Positions 49,501-57,900 of a stretch of DNA of 64,000 bases are shown here, in pieces (the stretch's first letter is position 1; each line of letters begins with the position of its first letter). Location: positions 1-64,000 of the IMG/VR virus record IMGVR_UViG_3300036985_001643; one strand, written 5' to 3'. Made by a program: the position numbers and the translations under genes. The notes under the pieces were generated by a model. It made no database searches. It was not told the DNA's origin and saw nothing but the letters and a program-made list of their open reading frames with translations. This DNA comes from a virus.

Positions 49501-51450
49501 GATCGTAAACTAAACAACTTGACACCTGCAGAACACGAGGTAATTAAGTTAGGTTTATTCTTAAATAATTCTGGACAAACAATAGGTAAAGAAACTAGAC
49601 GTAGTGTACAATTCTTTTATCCTACAATGTCGGATAAAACTACTATGTTGAGTATCACTGCTTTAGCTAGAGAGTTAACACTTGAAGAAGGAGTAATATC
49701 TAAAGACAACATCAAGTTGTTATTTGATGCTTTAGTACAACCGGAAATTAATCGTATTAGAGATAAACAGGCTTCTGACATTAAAGGTTACGAACCAAAC
49801 TACTTTTACTTTCTTCCTGCTCTTAATACTCACCCTATTACTATTAATGGTAAAGAGAAAACAGTGTTAGACTTTGTTAAAGATAAAGACGATAGTATTT
49901 ACTCACAAGAGTTTAAAGATCAAGTAGAGGCTAAAATTAAAGAAACATACGAACAGTTAGTAGAAGACAAATTAAAAGACTGGAAAACTTTAGGTATTGG
50001 TAAAACAGTTAAAGACAATAAAGGAAGAGTATCTGAACAATATATGTTTTTAAATTCTTCTTACATGGCCGATGTAGCTAAAGGTATAGGAGAAGCTAAA
50101 GTTAAATATGCAGCAATGGATTACATATTTAACAGTTTAATAGCTAACTCTGAATCGTTTAAGTTATTTGCTGGAGATCCTGCGTTGTATGCTAAGTTTA
50201 AAAAAGATAAAACTTTACAACAAAACCTTGAAGAAACTTTTATCAATATTGGTAAACGTCTTGCTGGAGATATTGCTCCAGGTATAGAGTTAGCCAACAG
50301 TACTAACAATAAGTACCTTCAAGTATTCTTAGAAGATAAGGAGTTAAACAGTAACAATGTTAACGATTCTGTGCAGTTAGAGTACTTCTCTAAGATAATG
50401 AAGGACTATAAGAAAAACTATTCAGGGATAGAAGGATCGGATGCTCAAGAGTATACTACTTGGCAAGAACACATCTACGTAATGAAACAATTAGGTAGAA
50501 TTACAGATAACCAATTTGAAGTATTTAATCGTAAGTTGACTGCTCAAACAGATAAAGCTGCTAAAGGTATTCCTTTAAGCAAAGCTGATAAACTTACATA
50601 CGAAGAGTTAGGTTTAGTAATGCAACCTATCAAACCTGTATACGTAGGTAACATCGCTGTAACAGATGACAACGTAGACAGAAGAATCTATATTAAGTCT
50701 TCTAGTTTCCCATTGATTCCTGAGTTAACTGCAGGTCTACAAATAGAGAAAGTACGTAAAGCTATAGAAAAGTTTGAAAAAGAAGTAGGTGGTAATATAT
50801 CTTCAGATGGTAACCCTGCTTTTGTTAGAGCTTCTTTTGGTACAGCCAACAAAGTAGGAGCTGTTAAAAACGCAGTAAAACTATTTGATGATAATGGTAA
50901 CGTAAATGATAACTTAGAAATTAAAGAAGAAAACTCTTTAGTACTAAATCGTTCAAACTTCCGTATCCAACAAGACGTACCTTACAAAAGAGAAAAGAAC
51001 GAAATCAACGTAGGTTCTCAAGAGATGAAGTTATTGTTCGTTAACTTATTAGACGTACAAATCGATGAGAATCACACAGGGGAACAATTGTTAACTAGTT
51101 ACAATCAAGCATATAAAGAATTGTACGAATATGCTAACGAAAAATTAGCAGAAAGATTAGGATTAGTTACCGAGACTACTTCTACTCCAGAGTTAGTAAG
51201 TTTGTTAGAAACTCCTACAACTACTGCTGTTGCTGATACTCACGCATTAAAAGAATCTTTGAAAGGTAAATCTACTGTACAAAATGTAATAGCTAAACAA
51301 AAATTCTCTGAAGAAAAAGGTGAAAATACAATAGATAGAGTTAAATTTATAGACAAAAACTTTGACAAGATTGTAGCATCTTTACTTAAAGACGAGCAAA
51401 TTAAAGTCTTATTCCAAGACGAGAATAACCAAAATAAAAAATGTGAATAA
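40525..51450 (+). CDS. giant polyvalent virion protein: N-terminal membrane/ejection region, variable cassette array, and N-terminal (beta-like) half of the virion RNA polymerase
   Basis: Gly-rich hydrophobic helices near the N-terminus. The C-terminal ~1100 aa carry crAss vRNAP motifs PTMSDK, F.GDPA.Y, KR, DAQ.Y.T, QPIKPVY, IKSS.FPL.P, FRIQQ and GSQ..KL. Confidence 0.8.
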   Translation: MAKKKIVPPPPSPVRLQALSLDTKSDKTLGYNSDIIDEVGAGEEADSGVMQKHYAQKDANFFDPYEDYVDRKTLHGGQFDIEELNTIRATNQSNWEQAGHAVARVATNIVPQIISGFASMVDLPGYIDAEHAASNKIVNWAMDLKKEVDEDWFPIYEEKPGQSMSLSDPAWWMSRGSGLVESVGSFLAQGFGVGKVVSLGAKGIGSVLQGKKLFAALEAIPGVTSGANVAKRIGGATQSLTTAAMLNQSEAVIEATQVFNDTYKARLDEGWDYAKAKKAAAEAASTTMNLNRINILLNLSSATAFLKGQKYTRQLLKNPTLGHTSKELVKEGSQEAVEELINHVASKAGMAKGAEKNYTFENALNDIHSMEGLEAAFLGAIGGIAQTGGTKALEYSKYGPGSTTDESGVKISKVQDARNRYQQQQEVINELKDKGVKITDALNSVKEQLVFEEKLNAAYASGNVEEVKTLHAQMFENVAAKHFSAGTTEVLENLLKAESQKDPEEVGQDYIDRAKQAVKDLRTLENIYNNAEEYANVDEVYRNRASKLRAEKVVPEATTLQKESEFQLNQEVDAIAKKHMFDRERQVLIKKNGVVVDTETKTEKAPITYSLSDLENNTGDTDANKAVYEKFLAEVKALPSYESTNFYTEQLDALQKQIRDLDKDYKNITSDAYQKTAKAKAAEKTKVEQLTKDLPKVSTISEVEKMKESTTDKDFHKAADAKIEEIKKSNDAQAKQKKTQATVAELNTRIEKATEEELEGLLEEINNAELSQTHKTNLRNAYDRRASILNGTPVAVSPEEENPLGAFGFTNNNPNDTAEEIKREEESRATNLPKDLPNPKTETKDVEQQVADTATKLLETDTTRVTGQDTQGNLTYAYGKSTEGHNSGAVLSREFTQTENGGIVTREESTDDIENLQVLDPEVLQSGTPLIMEVDTDYIGPKYDPSSSTRETTSWVDRLAVLKAKAEQQGIPLTQLKEYIAEVPIKVTMEDGTTVFYVHDNAWFREENLDNTPDAIAQDKANNFKIREQIIKKGKVTTKVSYKSFGHLFRAYDGSKITTSEAMPDSDLALSVCKNESLDFTKGKLLPTTLQEGRTYAIVPVGPDTYLPVPLERAPITQEIVDSIMIAVEAHLSGDTENPVVQAIGNSNLGLDITTTEGLNKYVQQFIYLYPTEKQEGIENLLINQGGSKSTLSSSRPIIAITATGIEFGKPGVQMGSFTNQDGVKVQSFAVVLSKNFKKDAKTTKGLAALRAILESGNILSHTRLENLQKNLDSVILLDNQGATRTIKYSQQVKDSTVTNLRSINIGTEEAPKYVYTIQPTIKFDVAFAKLDKVKKASSTTKKKVTVPKVTVTPVATKTTIPVTTTVAVLQPNDLQLNVSATTKKAGMDSITKQDSSIESFDENKFIRVTKANADDVNGKYYAIDNGVLRIRINGKDAVSGRTGGATQISVKVPVGFNEKVFAEKLKNISHKDGVTTDKAVQQVVNDVRKAIIEAQSTSATTSTIEAKKADIERRRQTGTNVRGTTYKGETTEKDELKVTKYSEFFPDGKRISKGGRIMLPAEFIEEYNITDQDYLDSLEGATEIRIYEVRVGKDGRSGISIQGTFPEGNIETDVAGTELTALSETRDDIEAQKADVERRTTKVISSEIVEKGNRKGQTRTVTQTNSIKDVEGTIVSVTEYEAKVGDTTITLGGKSMTVKEFKEEFPLDEDYEEIFASWPDLNDDTIITVRKVKRTPTNSRYKTVVNIFNPVLGGEMDITIKKDDTKYDAELAALKQPVAGKQVQIDDIERRQRVADIITSQFELGVELPKILETLAEQGYVEKINNSAFFKQSVGRDAIVFNIDGAIVPIYRSSEGTSSKTKGKWYPFFFNAGDWLVKGMADSYKDGYNNPIIKQILNSLNTNYTYDKPIAKVNGNNKEVLVLLGLEGFDEENNGIYDYQNYLAASIVLKDWQSKLGNIDVSGYQEYLDGALSGLIKANPTLKSEIESAFKTASDSFAELAALEQSTSVVKTQKTELEKVEQVKDVVINGEKYSYYPLAVSQSSGASVLIANKKSILISDDYGNISELETAEEKITENDITAGNIFYMTVEKGVPRIVSIEESLPELGNENGLRTYSMRITSYDAGGSKEIESGIGDLGKIKSLESSIGKSDLSKKELASELNKLGVKKLKVKQGLIVPTIPSITNQGNFEEDNTIELPNDLKIDAAITFTSSNVFQKTFKSITTAIVASKLQFTKPGRFITKEGTLTKEGEEILKKLTSTASPKNLRELDALISSNLDKQLWENEKENSINSIVLDAITQNKKVANSLLSTGRVKFNSEYSNAFVATRETIRAKNKENIQQSFNNIPSLKELNSPALEQTTEQVIANSPIPSAEQQVEEAIDPETIIEQEAIQMLADHTIEEINGFLDNINIGLITEEDLQGQSLEQVKQAINRAKEIHKKNSEKKTTFQFPGKKSITVDGNTKDSTDISEDTFDYLISPLNEEQVDELNAEVEAMIIRGVDSETQRSLIAYISAEIIQKTLAEKEVGGARTVKVKDIMDTNKEYFIALAEYYKENGLPNKAKRLEAVVEQFDKVDRLVQQYMSLLTTGTVTSKPKTESEESVGLEKTLYTDDWAFTIDSKSTASGDLKKFFANIQAQDKDGLKQNSLGLEEIMPFDAVYDTLHEILANKPADYTTMMEILKLYAENFPWINSVVESIEKAPERIKNEFVSDMAKHHIEMSFVMWERNKNGTYNLQRWSSNSASKENRLRAMWQSNLRGVGTSSNIVVVNDEDEYVFDHVVVDRLITQAEKFAEDPSVVTNDDIANWLGQLGIVLADDTYDDLRNGLFNNKGKKTFNQLFTHSQGLFKVLTAKLKTISNGRPKPGKPNTNLVDNANLMTDSVVKALAKLDATNSLNTSSNSFQSGGKTVYSYGNNNYLVNRMRDLTAHNGEKFINEELIKHLQDTSFTKDSLWLKDITSTDALGEAARRELGLNYLSLEALKKKFTPSQDDRKLNNLTPAEHEVIKLGLFLNNSGQTIGKETRRSVQFFYPTMSDKTTMLSITALARELTLEEGVISKDNIKLLFDALVQPEINRIRDKQASDIKGYEPNYFYFLPALNTHPITINGKEKTVLDFVKDKDDSIYSQEFKDQVEAKIKETYEQLVEDKLKDWKTLGIGKTVKDNKGRVSEQYMFLNSSYMADVAKGIGEAKVKYAAMDYIFNSLIANSESFKLFAGDPALYAKFKKDKTLQQNLEETFINIGKRLAGDIAPGIELANSTNNKYLQVFLEDKELNSNNVNDSVQLEYFSKIMKDYKKNYSGIEGSDAQEYTTWQEHIYVMKQLGRITDNQFEVFNRKLTAQTDKAAKGIPLSKADKLTYEELGLVMQPIKPVYVGNIAVTDDNVDRRIYIKSSSFPLIPELTAGLQIEKVRKAIEKFEKEVGGNISSDGNPAFVRASFGTANKVGAVKNAVKLFDDNGNVNDNLEIKEENSLVLNRSNFRIQQDVPYKREKNEINVGSQEMKLLFVNLLDVQIDENHTGEQLLTSYNQAYKELYEYANEKLAERLGLVTETTSTPELVSLLETPTTTAVADTHALKESLKGKSTVQNVIAKQKFSEEKGENTIDRVKFIDKNFDKIVASLLKDEQIKVLFQDENNQNKKCE
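45037..46542 (+). repeat. dispersed in-frame linker repeats (IEAKKADIERR and AELAAL)
   Basis: ATAGAAGCT.A.AAAGCTGAT.TAGAAAGAAGA at 45037 and 45412, with a partial copy at 45886. GCAGAACTAGCTGCTTTA at ~45832 and 46519, with a variant at ~45379. Confidence 0.85.
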
Positions 51451-51923
51451 TGGAAAAATTACTTACTGACGTAGAGCAAAAAGAATTAAATAAGTTTGGT
51501 AAATTAGAGTTAACAGCTTCACAAGCTTACTTACACCTTACTAATAGAATGAAGACATTGGGTTACTTTGGTGCAGAGAAGTTCTTTGCAGGTGAATCTA
51601 ACGATGAAAGAGAGCACTATGCTAAACATGAAGACTTTATGAACAAGTTTAATTGTGAATTAAGTGTTGAAGCATTGAGCCCTATTGCTTCTGATGTTAG
51701 TAACATTAAAGAAGCTTTAGAAATGGCTTACCAAATGGAGGTAGACTTATTAAACGAGTACGAAAAGTCTTGTAAACTTCCAGAGTTATCAATAAAAGTT
51801 GTACTTTTGTTACAAGAGTTTGTTGAAATACAAAGTGGTGCAGTTGGAGAATACGGAGATCTATTAGCTAGATTAACTCTAACAGACAACATGTTATTAT
51901 TCGATCAAGAACTAGGAAACTAA
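51450..51923 (+). CDS. ferritin-like protein
   Basis: 157 aa with EL.AS..Y, G...FF..ES.DE..H, AL..A...E and F...Q motifs of the ferritin four-helix bundle. It has a TAATG overlap with the upstream gene. Confidence 0.85.
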   Translation: MEKLLTDVEQKELNKFGKLELTASQAYLHLTNRMKTLGYFGAEKFFAGESNDEREHYAKHEDFMNKFNCELSVEALSPIASDVSNIKEALEMAYQMEVDLLNEYEKSCKLPELSIKVVLLLQEFVEIQSGAVGEYGDLLARLTLTDNMLLFDQELGN

Positions 51924-51933
51924 AAGTACAATT

Positions 51934-54900
51934 ATGGCTTGTCAATATTTTGTAAACGGAGAATGGATCTCTGAGGAACAGTTTAAAGAAGTTTTAAACA
52001 ATGGTTTATTAGATAATTTAGTAGCCAACGGTACTGTTAAAGAAGAAGGATTTCCCGTAGATAATACTAAACTCCTTAAAACTGAGACAGTTACTACTAC
52101 TAAAACAACTGTACCTGTAGAAAAACTAGCAGCAATCTTAGCAAAAGAAGTGAGTACTCGTTCAGGGTATCCATTAAACATGTTAAGTGCTCTAGAGTTG
52201 AAAGAAGACAAGTCAGACTTTAAAATTCCTTTATGGGCTTCTCCTTACGCAAGTAAGTTTGAGTCTTTATTAACTTCTTTAGTAAGTAATAAAGTAGTTA
52301 AACAAAAGTTTGCTGGTACATCAAGTGTATTAGGTTCGGAAGAAGGGTTTAGAATTAAACAAGGTGACGAAGCAGCAGGTAGTTTAAAGGACTCCTCTAT
52401 TGTATTTTCAGACAACTTTGATCCTGAGAAAGGTTTACAACCGATGAGGGTAGATCCTAAAACAGGTAAAATATTACCTGCTCAAATAATGTTACCTTTT
52501 AAGTTTAGAGACGAGTCAGGTAACATATTGTTTATCAACGATTTCCTTAAATTAGATTCTTCAGGAAGACCTTTAAGAACTCCAGACGGAAGAGTAACTA
52601 TTGACGATAGTAAATTACCTGCTAAATTAAGACAGTTATTTGGTTTCCGTATTCCTACACAGGAGCGTAACTCTATGGCTGCTGTAGAAATAGTAGGGTT
52701 TTTACCTGAAGCAATGGGAGATTTAGTACTAGCTCCTAGAGATTTTACTAAACAGATGGGTTCGGATTTTGACGTTGATAAGTTGTACAGTTACTTGTAT
52801 AACCACTTCTATAAAGACGGTAAATTATACACTAATTTCCCAAGTGATAAGAAGACTATTAAAAAACTAACAGATGCTGCTAAAGAACATTTAGCTACAT
52901 TGAAAAGTTCTTTAAAACTAAATAGTGCAGAACAAGCATTGTTAAATGCTTACATTGATAACAAGTTAGAAAAAAACGATGATAACGATCAAGACGAGTT
53001 GCTTACTAAAGCTACTACTCTTATCGCTAGACTTACTAATTCTCCAATAATGGAGGAGATAGAAAACGTTACTAACGATTTATCTATTTACAACAGAGCT
53101 TACAAAGCTTCTCGTCAAAATAAAATATTAGACATTCACTTATCAGTGATGTTGAGTAATAACCCTGAGGTTATTAAATCTATTATTGCATTAGATTCCT
53201 TTGGAGATTTTGAGCAATTAGCTCAAGACTTATATAAAGTAAGAAGTGAGCGAGGTTTAATTCCTCCTATTACCACTATTCTTTCAGATACTTATCAAAG
53301 AACTAAATACATTAACGCTACAGCAGGTAAAACTGGGGTAGGTTCTTTCTCTTTAGATTCTACTTTTAATGCATCTGCTCAAGGTAAAGAGTTGACCATC
53401 ATCAATATGGACGATGAGACTCAAACAAATGTATTTGGTACCCCTATAGAACCTAAGAATCCTACTGCTGCTGAAGTATTAGAAGCTAATATGACTGTTG
53501 CTGCTTTTGGAACTAACGTTTCTAAAGGAGATTTATCAGACAAATATACACTACGTTCTAGAAACTTAATCAACAAAGCTAAAGAAGAAGGTAGAGAACT
53601 TACAGAGGAAGAAAAAGATTCTTTAAAGATGAAGTCTACTATTATTAGATCTTTACAATCTACAGCTGTGGATAATGAAAAAGCTCAAATATTAGATAAA
53701 CTTAACATCAACGATCAAACTATGGATGCTGTTAGAGCCCTTACTATATTAGGGTTTGAAGAGAAAGAAATAGTAGGATTGATAACACAAGAGATTATTT
53801 GGGAGTTTACTGCAGCATTAAAGGATAACGGTTCTTCACTGACTCCTTTCCAAGCTAACGCTGCAGAAACTTTATTTATTGATTTAGTAAAGAAATACGA
53901 TCCTGAAGGTAAACTAGCAGAATTAAAACCTTACGAATTAGAAGCTTTACAAAGTGCTACTAGTGAGTCATTAATGAGTGACATCAATACTCAAACGTTA
54001 CAAGAGTTAAGCGTAGGACCAACACCAGATGCTAATCTTAGACAGTTAGCTGCTTTAGCTAAATTCCTTAAACTTACTCAAATAGGTAAAGATATTAAGA
54101 CCTTACAGTCTACTATAAATACTGATTCTAAAGGTGTTCCTAAATCTTTAGTAGAAACAGATGCTAAAGTAAAACAAATAGAAAGGTTAGCTGCTTCTAA
54201 CATCTTTAATGCTACTAAGTTGTTAGGAGAATATGAAGGATCTAAATTAGTTACACCTACTACTCTAAATGGTTTTGCTTCTAAATACGGTACTATGTTT
54301 GCAGATACTATCTACAAACAATATTTCCCTTATCATACTACAGGTTTTAAAGTATTAGTAGATGAGTTACTACAATATATACCTAAAGGTAAAAATGCTT
54401 CGTTAACTAAACAAGCAGAGTTACAATTAGAGTTAATGGACGCTGTTAAGTCTTTCCTTTATGGTAATGCTAATACAAACTTGTTTACAGAAAACCCTGA
54501 TAGTGAACGTGCTAGATTGTTTATAGACACTAAAACTAACAAAAGTTTAGCTACTATACTACAGTCAGTTTCTGAAGAAAAGTGGTATACTTCTAATGGT
54601 TTCCTTAATAAGTTATCGTTAGACCAACAAAAGAATGGTCAAGTTTCTAGAGTAAACTTCGAATCTGCTTCAGGAGAAAACTTAGACGAAAGAGATATCT
54701 ATGACGGGTTTAACTACTTGTTATCTAAGAATTTCCCTATTGGTACTTTTAACGGTATCGATTATACTTCTCGTATGTTGGCTCAAGATTTAGTAGCTTC
54801 AGCGTTCTTAGAAGGAGGTCAACAAGGTTCTAAACAATACTTGAAGTATGTACCTACTGCTTACCTTAAAACTATAGGTTTTGGAGATTACTTATCAAAT

Positions 54901-57900
54901 ACTTCTTTTAATTACCTTGATACTTTCTTAGGTAATTTAAGCCCTGAAGGACAGTTAATGTATAACAATCCTTCTAGTTTTATGAGACAATACTTCCAAA
55001 ATAATGCTGATAAAGCTAAAAAGGTATCGTTGTCTGACTTACAAGGTAAAATATCAGCTGTTCCTGAAGGATACTTTACACTAAACGAAGAAGCTCTAAA
55101 GGACAATATAGTAGAGATTACGGATCCTTACACAGGTGAACCAACTACTACACAGACTAAGTTCTTATCTATCTATGATAGTAAAGTACCAGGTAAGTAT
55201 GCATTATTCGAGTTTGACGCTGTAGATAGATTGTACCGTAGAATACCTACTTTACAAGGTTCTTTCGGTTTTGTATCGTATAACTCACAAGTTGGTACAC
55301 CGTTACCTATTGAAAAAGCTAACAGAACTGTTAAACAAGAAGGTAACCAAGAAATACCAGGTTATACTTTACCTCATACACCTACTACTCCTACAAAGTC
55401 TTTTGATGTAAACGTGGTTAACAATACTGTTAAACCAGTAACTGCTAATACTTTACCTATTTCAAAAACATTGTCTGGTACTAAAGAAGCACTAGACGAT
55501 TTAATTAATAATATACAATTTGAAGACGGAGTATCTAGTTTAAACAGACAGTTGTTAAGTTCTTTAAGAGATTTACAATTACCTGATAACTTTAAAGTAG
55601 TGTATGATGATACTTTAAGTAGTAGAGGAGGTTATAGTTATGACAAACAAATATTGTTTATTAACTTAAAACATGAAGCTAATCAAAATATTGACGGTTT
55701 AGCTACCGCTGTTGCTCACGAATTAATACATGCTTTAACAAGTGAGGCTATTTATGAATACCAAAAAGGTGATTTAAGTAAGTTAACAGCTGACCAAATT
55801 AAAGCTATTGAGTCTTTAAAAGCTTTACAAGATAAGTATATTGATCATTTAAAAACTAAAGGTGAAGCAGGTGCTTTACAAGCATTTAAAGATAAATATG
55901 AAGCTTGGGTAGCACGAGGTAAAACAGGAAAAGTAGGAGTTTCTGCAGAAGATATTTCTAAGTTTTATGCAGGTATTAAACTATCAGAGTTTGTTACTAT
56001 GACTCTTAGTGATCCAGGTTTTCAACAACATCTAGCTTCTGTTATCGATGAGTCAGGAAAATCTCTTTGGGAACAAATTAAAGAAGTTTTAGGAGAATTG
56101 TTAAATACTTTAGGTTTAGATATTAAACCAGGTTCTGCTTTAGCATCTGCTGTAAAAAGCTCTATGGATTTAATTACTGCTAACCAACAAGCAATGGGTA
56201 CTAAATTATTTGTTACTAAAATTGATCAATTTAACTACTCTTACGATGCTGTTAATAACGTTGTTATCCACAATGCTAAAACAGGTGATAAAGTAGAAAC
56301 TAACGATACACAAATTAATAAGGTATTAGTACAATATGCATTAGCTAATAATAAGGAACAACGTGTGTTTAATGGTTCTACTTATGTTGCTATTGCTGAT
56401 AGAATATTAAACATTAAAAACGCTAACGAAGTAAGTCTAGAAACTTGGGAGTCTGCTAAATCTACTAAGCCATCTACTAGTATTAAACCTACAATAGATA
56501 CATCAAGAGAATGGAAAGGTGATTTAGAATCAAGACCTGTCTATACTTCTGAAGGAGTTAATACTATGAGAACTACTTCTGCTAAAGCTGATGAACATTT
56601 TGGTAATCCGTTTAGTGAAGCAGGCTATGGTAATACTATAAAAGTAGCTAGCATAGGTGCGGCTGTCAGAATGTATAAGGATTGGTTATTAAACAATGCT
56701 GTAACTGAATCAGAAATTGTAAAAGGAAATGTTAGTGACTTAGCTAAATTTGATAACCAAAGAGCTTGGATACTTAATCAAATTAATCAAGGTAAACTTG
56801 ATGGAGCTACATTGCTTTATGCTGGTAAATCTGAAGCAAGAGGTCAAGGTATGCACCCTACAGCATTAGCTGAAGTAGTAGAACAATTAAGAAGTAAATC
56901 AACTCAACCATCTACTCAACAACAAACTCCAGTAAGTGAAGTTAAAGAAGGTGTGCAAGAAATATTTGAATCTAATCCTGAATTAGCTAATATAGGTACA
57001 CCTGAACAATACTCTCAATATCTTGATACTATATTTCCTGATAGTAAAGTAAAAGATATTCTTTATCATGGTACAGCTTCTCCTAACACTATTGAGAAAT
57101 TACAACCTCAAAATGATAGAATATACTTTAGTGATAATCTTACAGCTGCAAGATATGCTAGTTGGGATCAAGATAATAGAGTACAATTTGAACCAGGTTC
57201 TCAAACAAAGTTACAAGTAATACCTGCTATTATAAATTTAACAAATCCTGTAAAATTATCAGACGTTAACTTTAAAGAAACAGAGACTAATAAAGAAGGA
57301 GACGGTATTATTGGTACTAATATAGAAGATCCATTAGGAGGTAGAGAAAATCAAATAGTAGTAAGAAATGCTGATCAAGTTTATGAATTAGGTACTAAAC
57401 AAGATTTAGAAGGATTTAAAAAGTTTATTGCTAAAGATACTAAATACGAACTATTCCCAGGTGTATATGCTAATCAAGGTCAAACAGAAGCTTTAGATAA
57501 GTTAACAGATTTCTTAAGCTCTGATAAACAAGCATTCTTACTACAAGGAAAAGGTGGTACAGGTAAAACTACTATTATTAAAAAGATTGTTAAAGAAGCT
57601 CAAGCTCAAGGTAACAGTGTATTAGCAATTGCTCCTACTCATAAAGCTAAAAAAGTATTAGCTAAATCATTAAACGATCCAGGTATTAAGTCTACTACTT
57701 TAGCAGCTGCTTTAGCTATTAAACTTGATGAAACTACAGGTAAATTTACACCTGATGAGTTTGCTAGAAAAATGGATAAAGTTCCTATTACAAAAACATC
57801 TTTAGTAATTATTGATGAGTCTTCTATGATTTCTGATAAACTATTAGAAGAGATTAAAGAGTTACTACCTAAAGGTACTAAGATTATTTTTATGGGAGAT

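Noticed and set aside
51150-52120. Split intein or intron at the RNAP break
   Set aside because: There is no internal Cys/Ser-starting Hint N-fragment, no His-Asn followed by Cys/Ser/Thr junction, and no homing endonuclease. The intervening DNA is an intact ferritin ORF.
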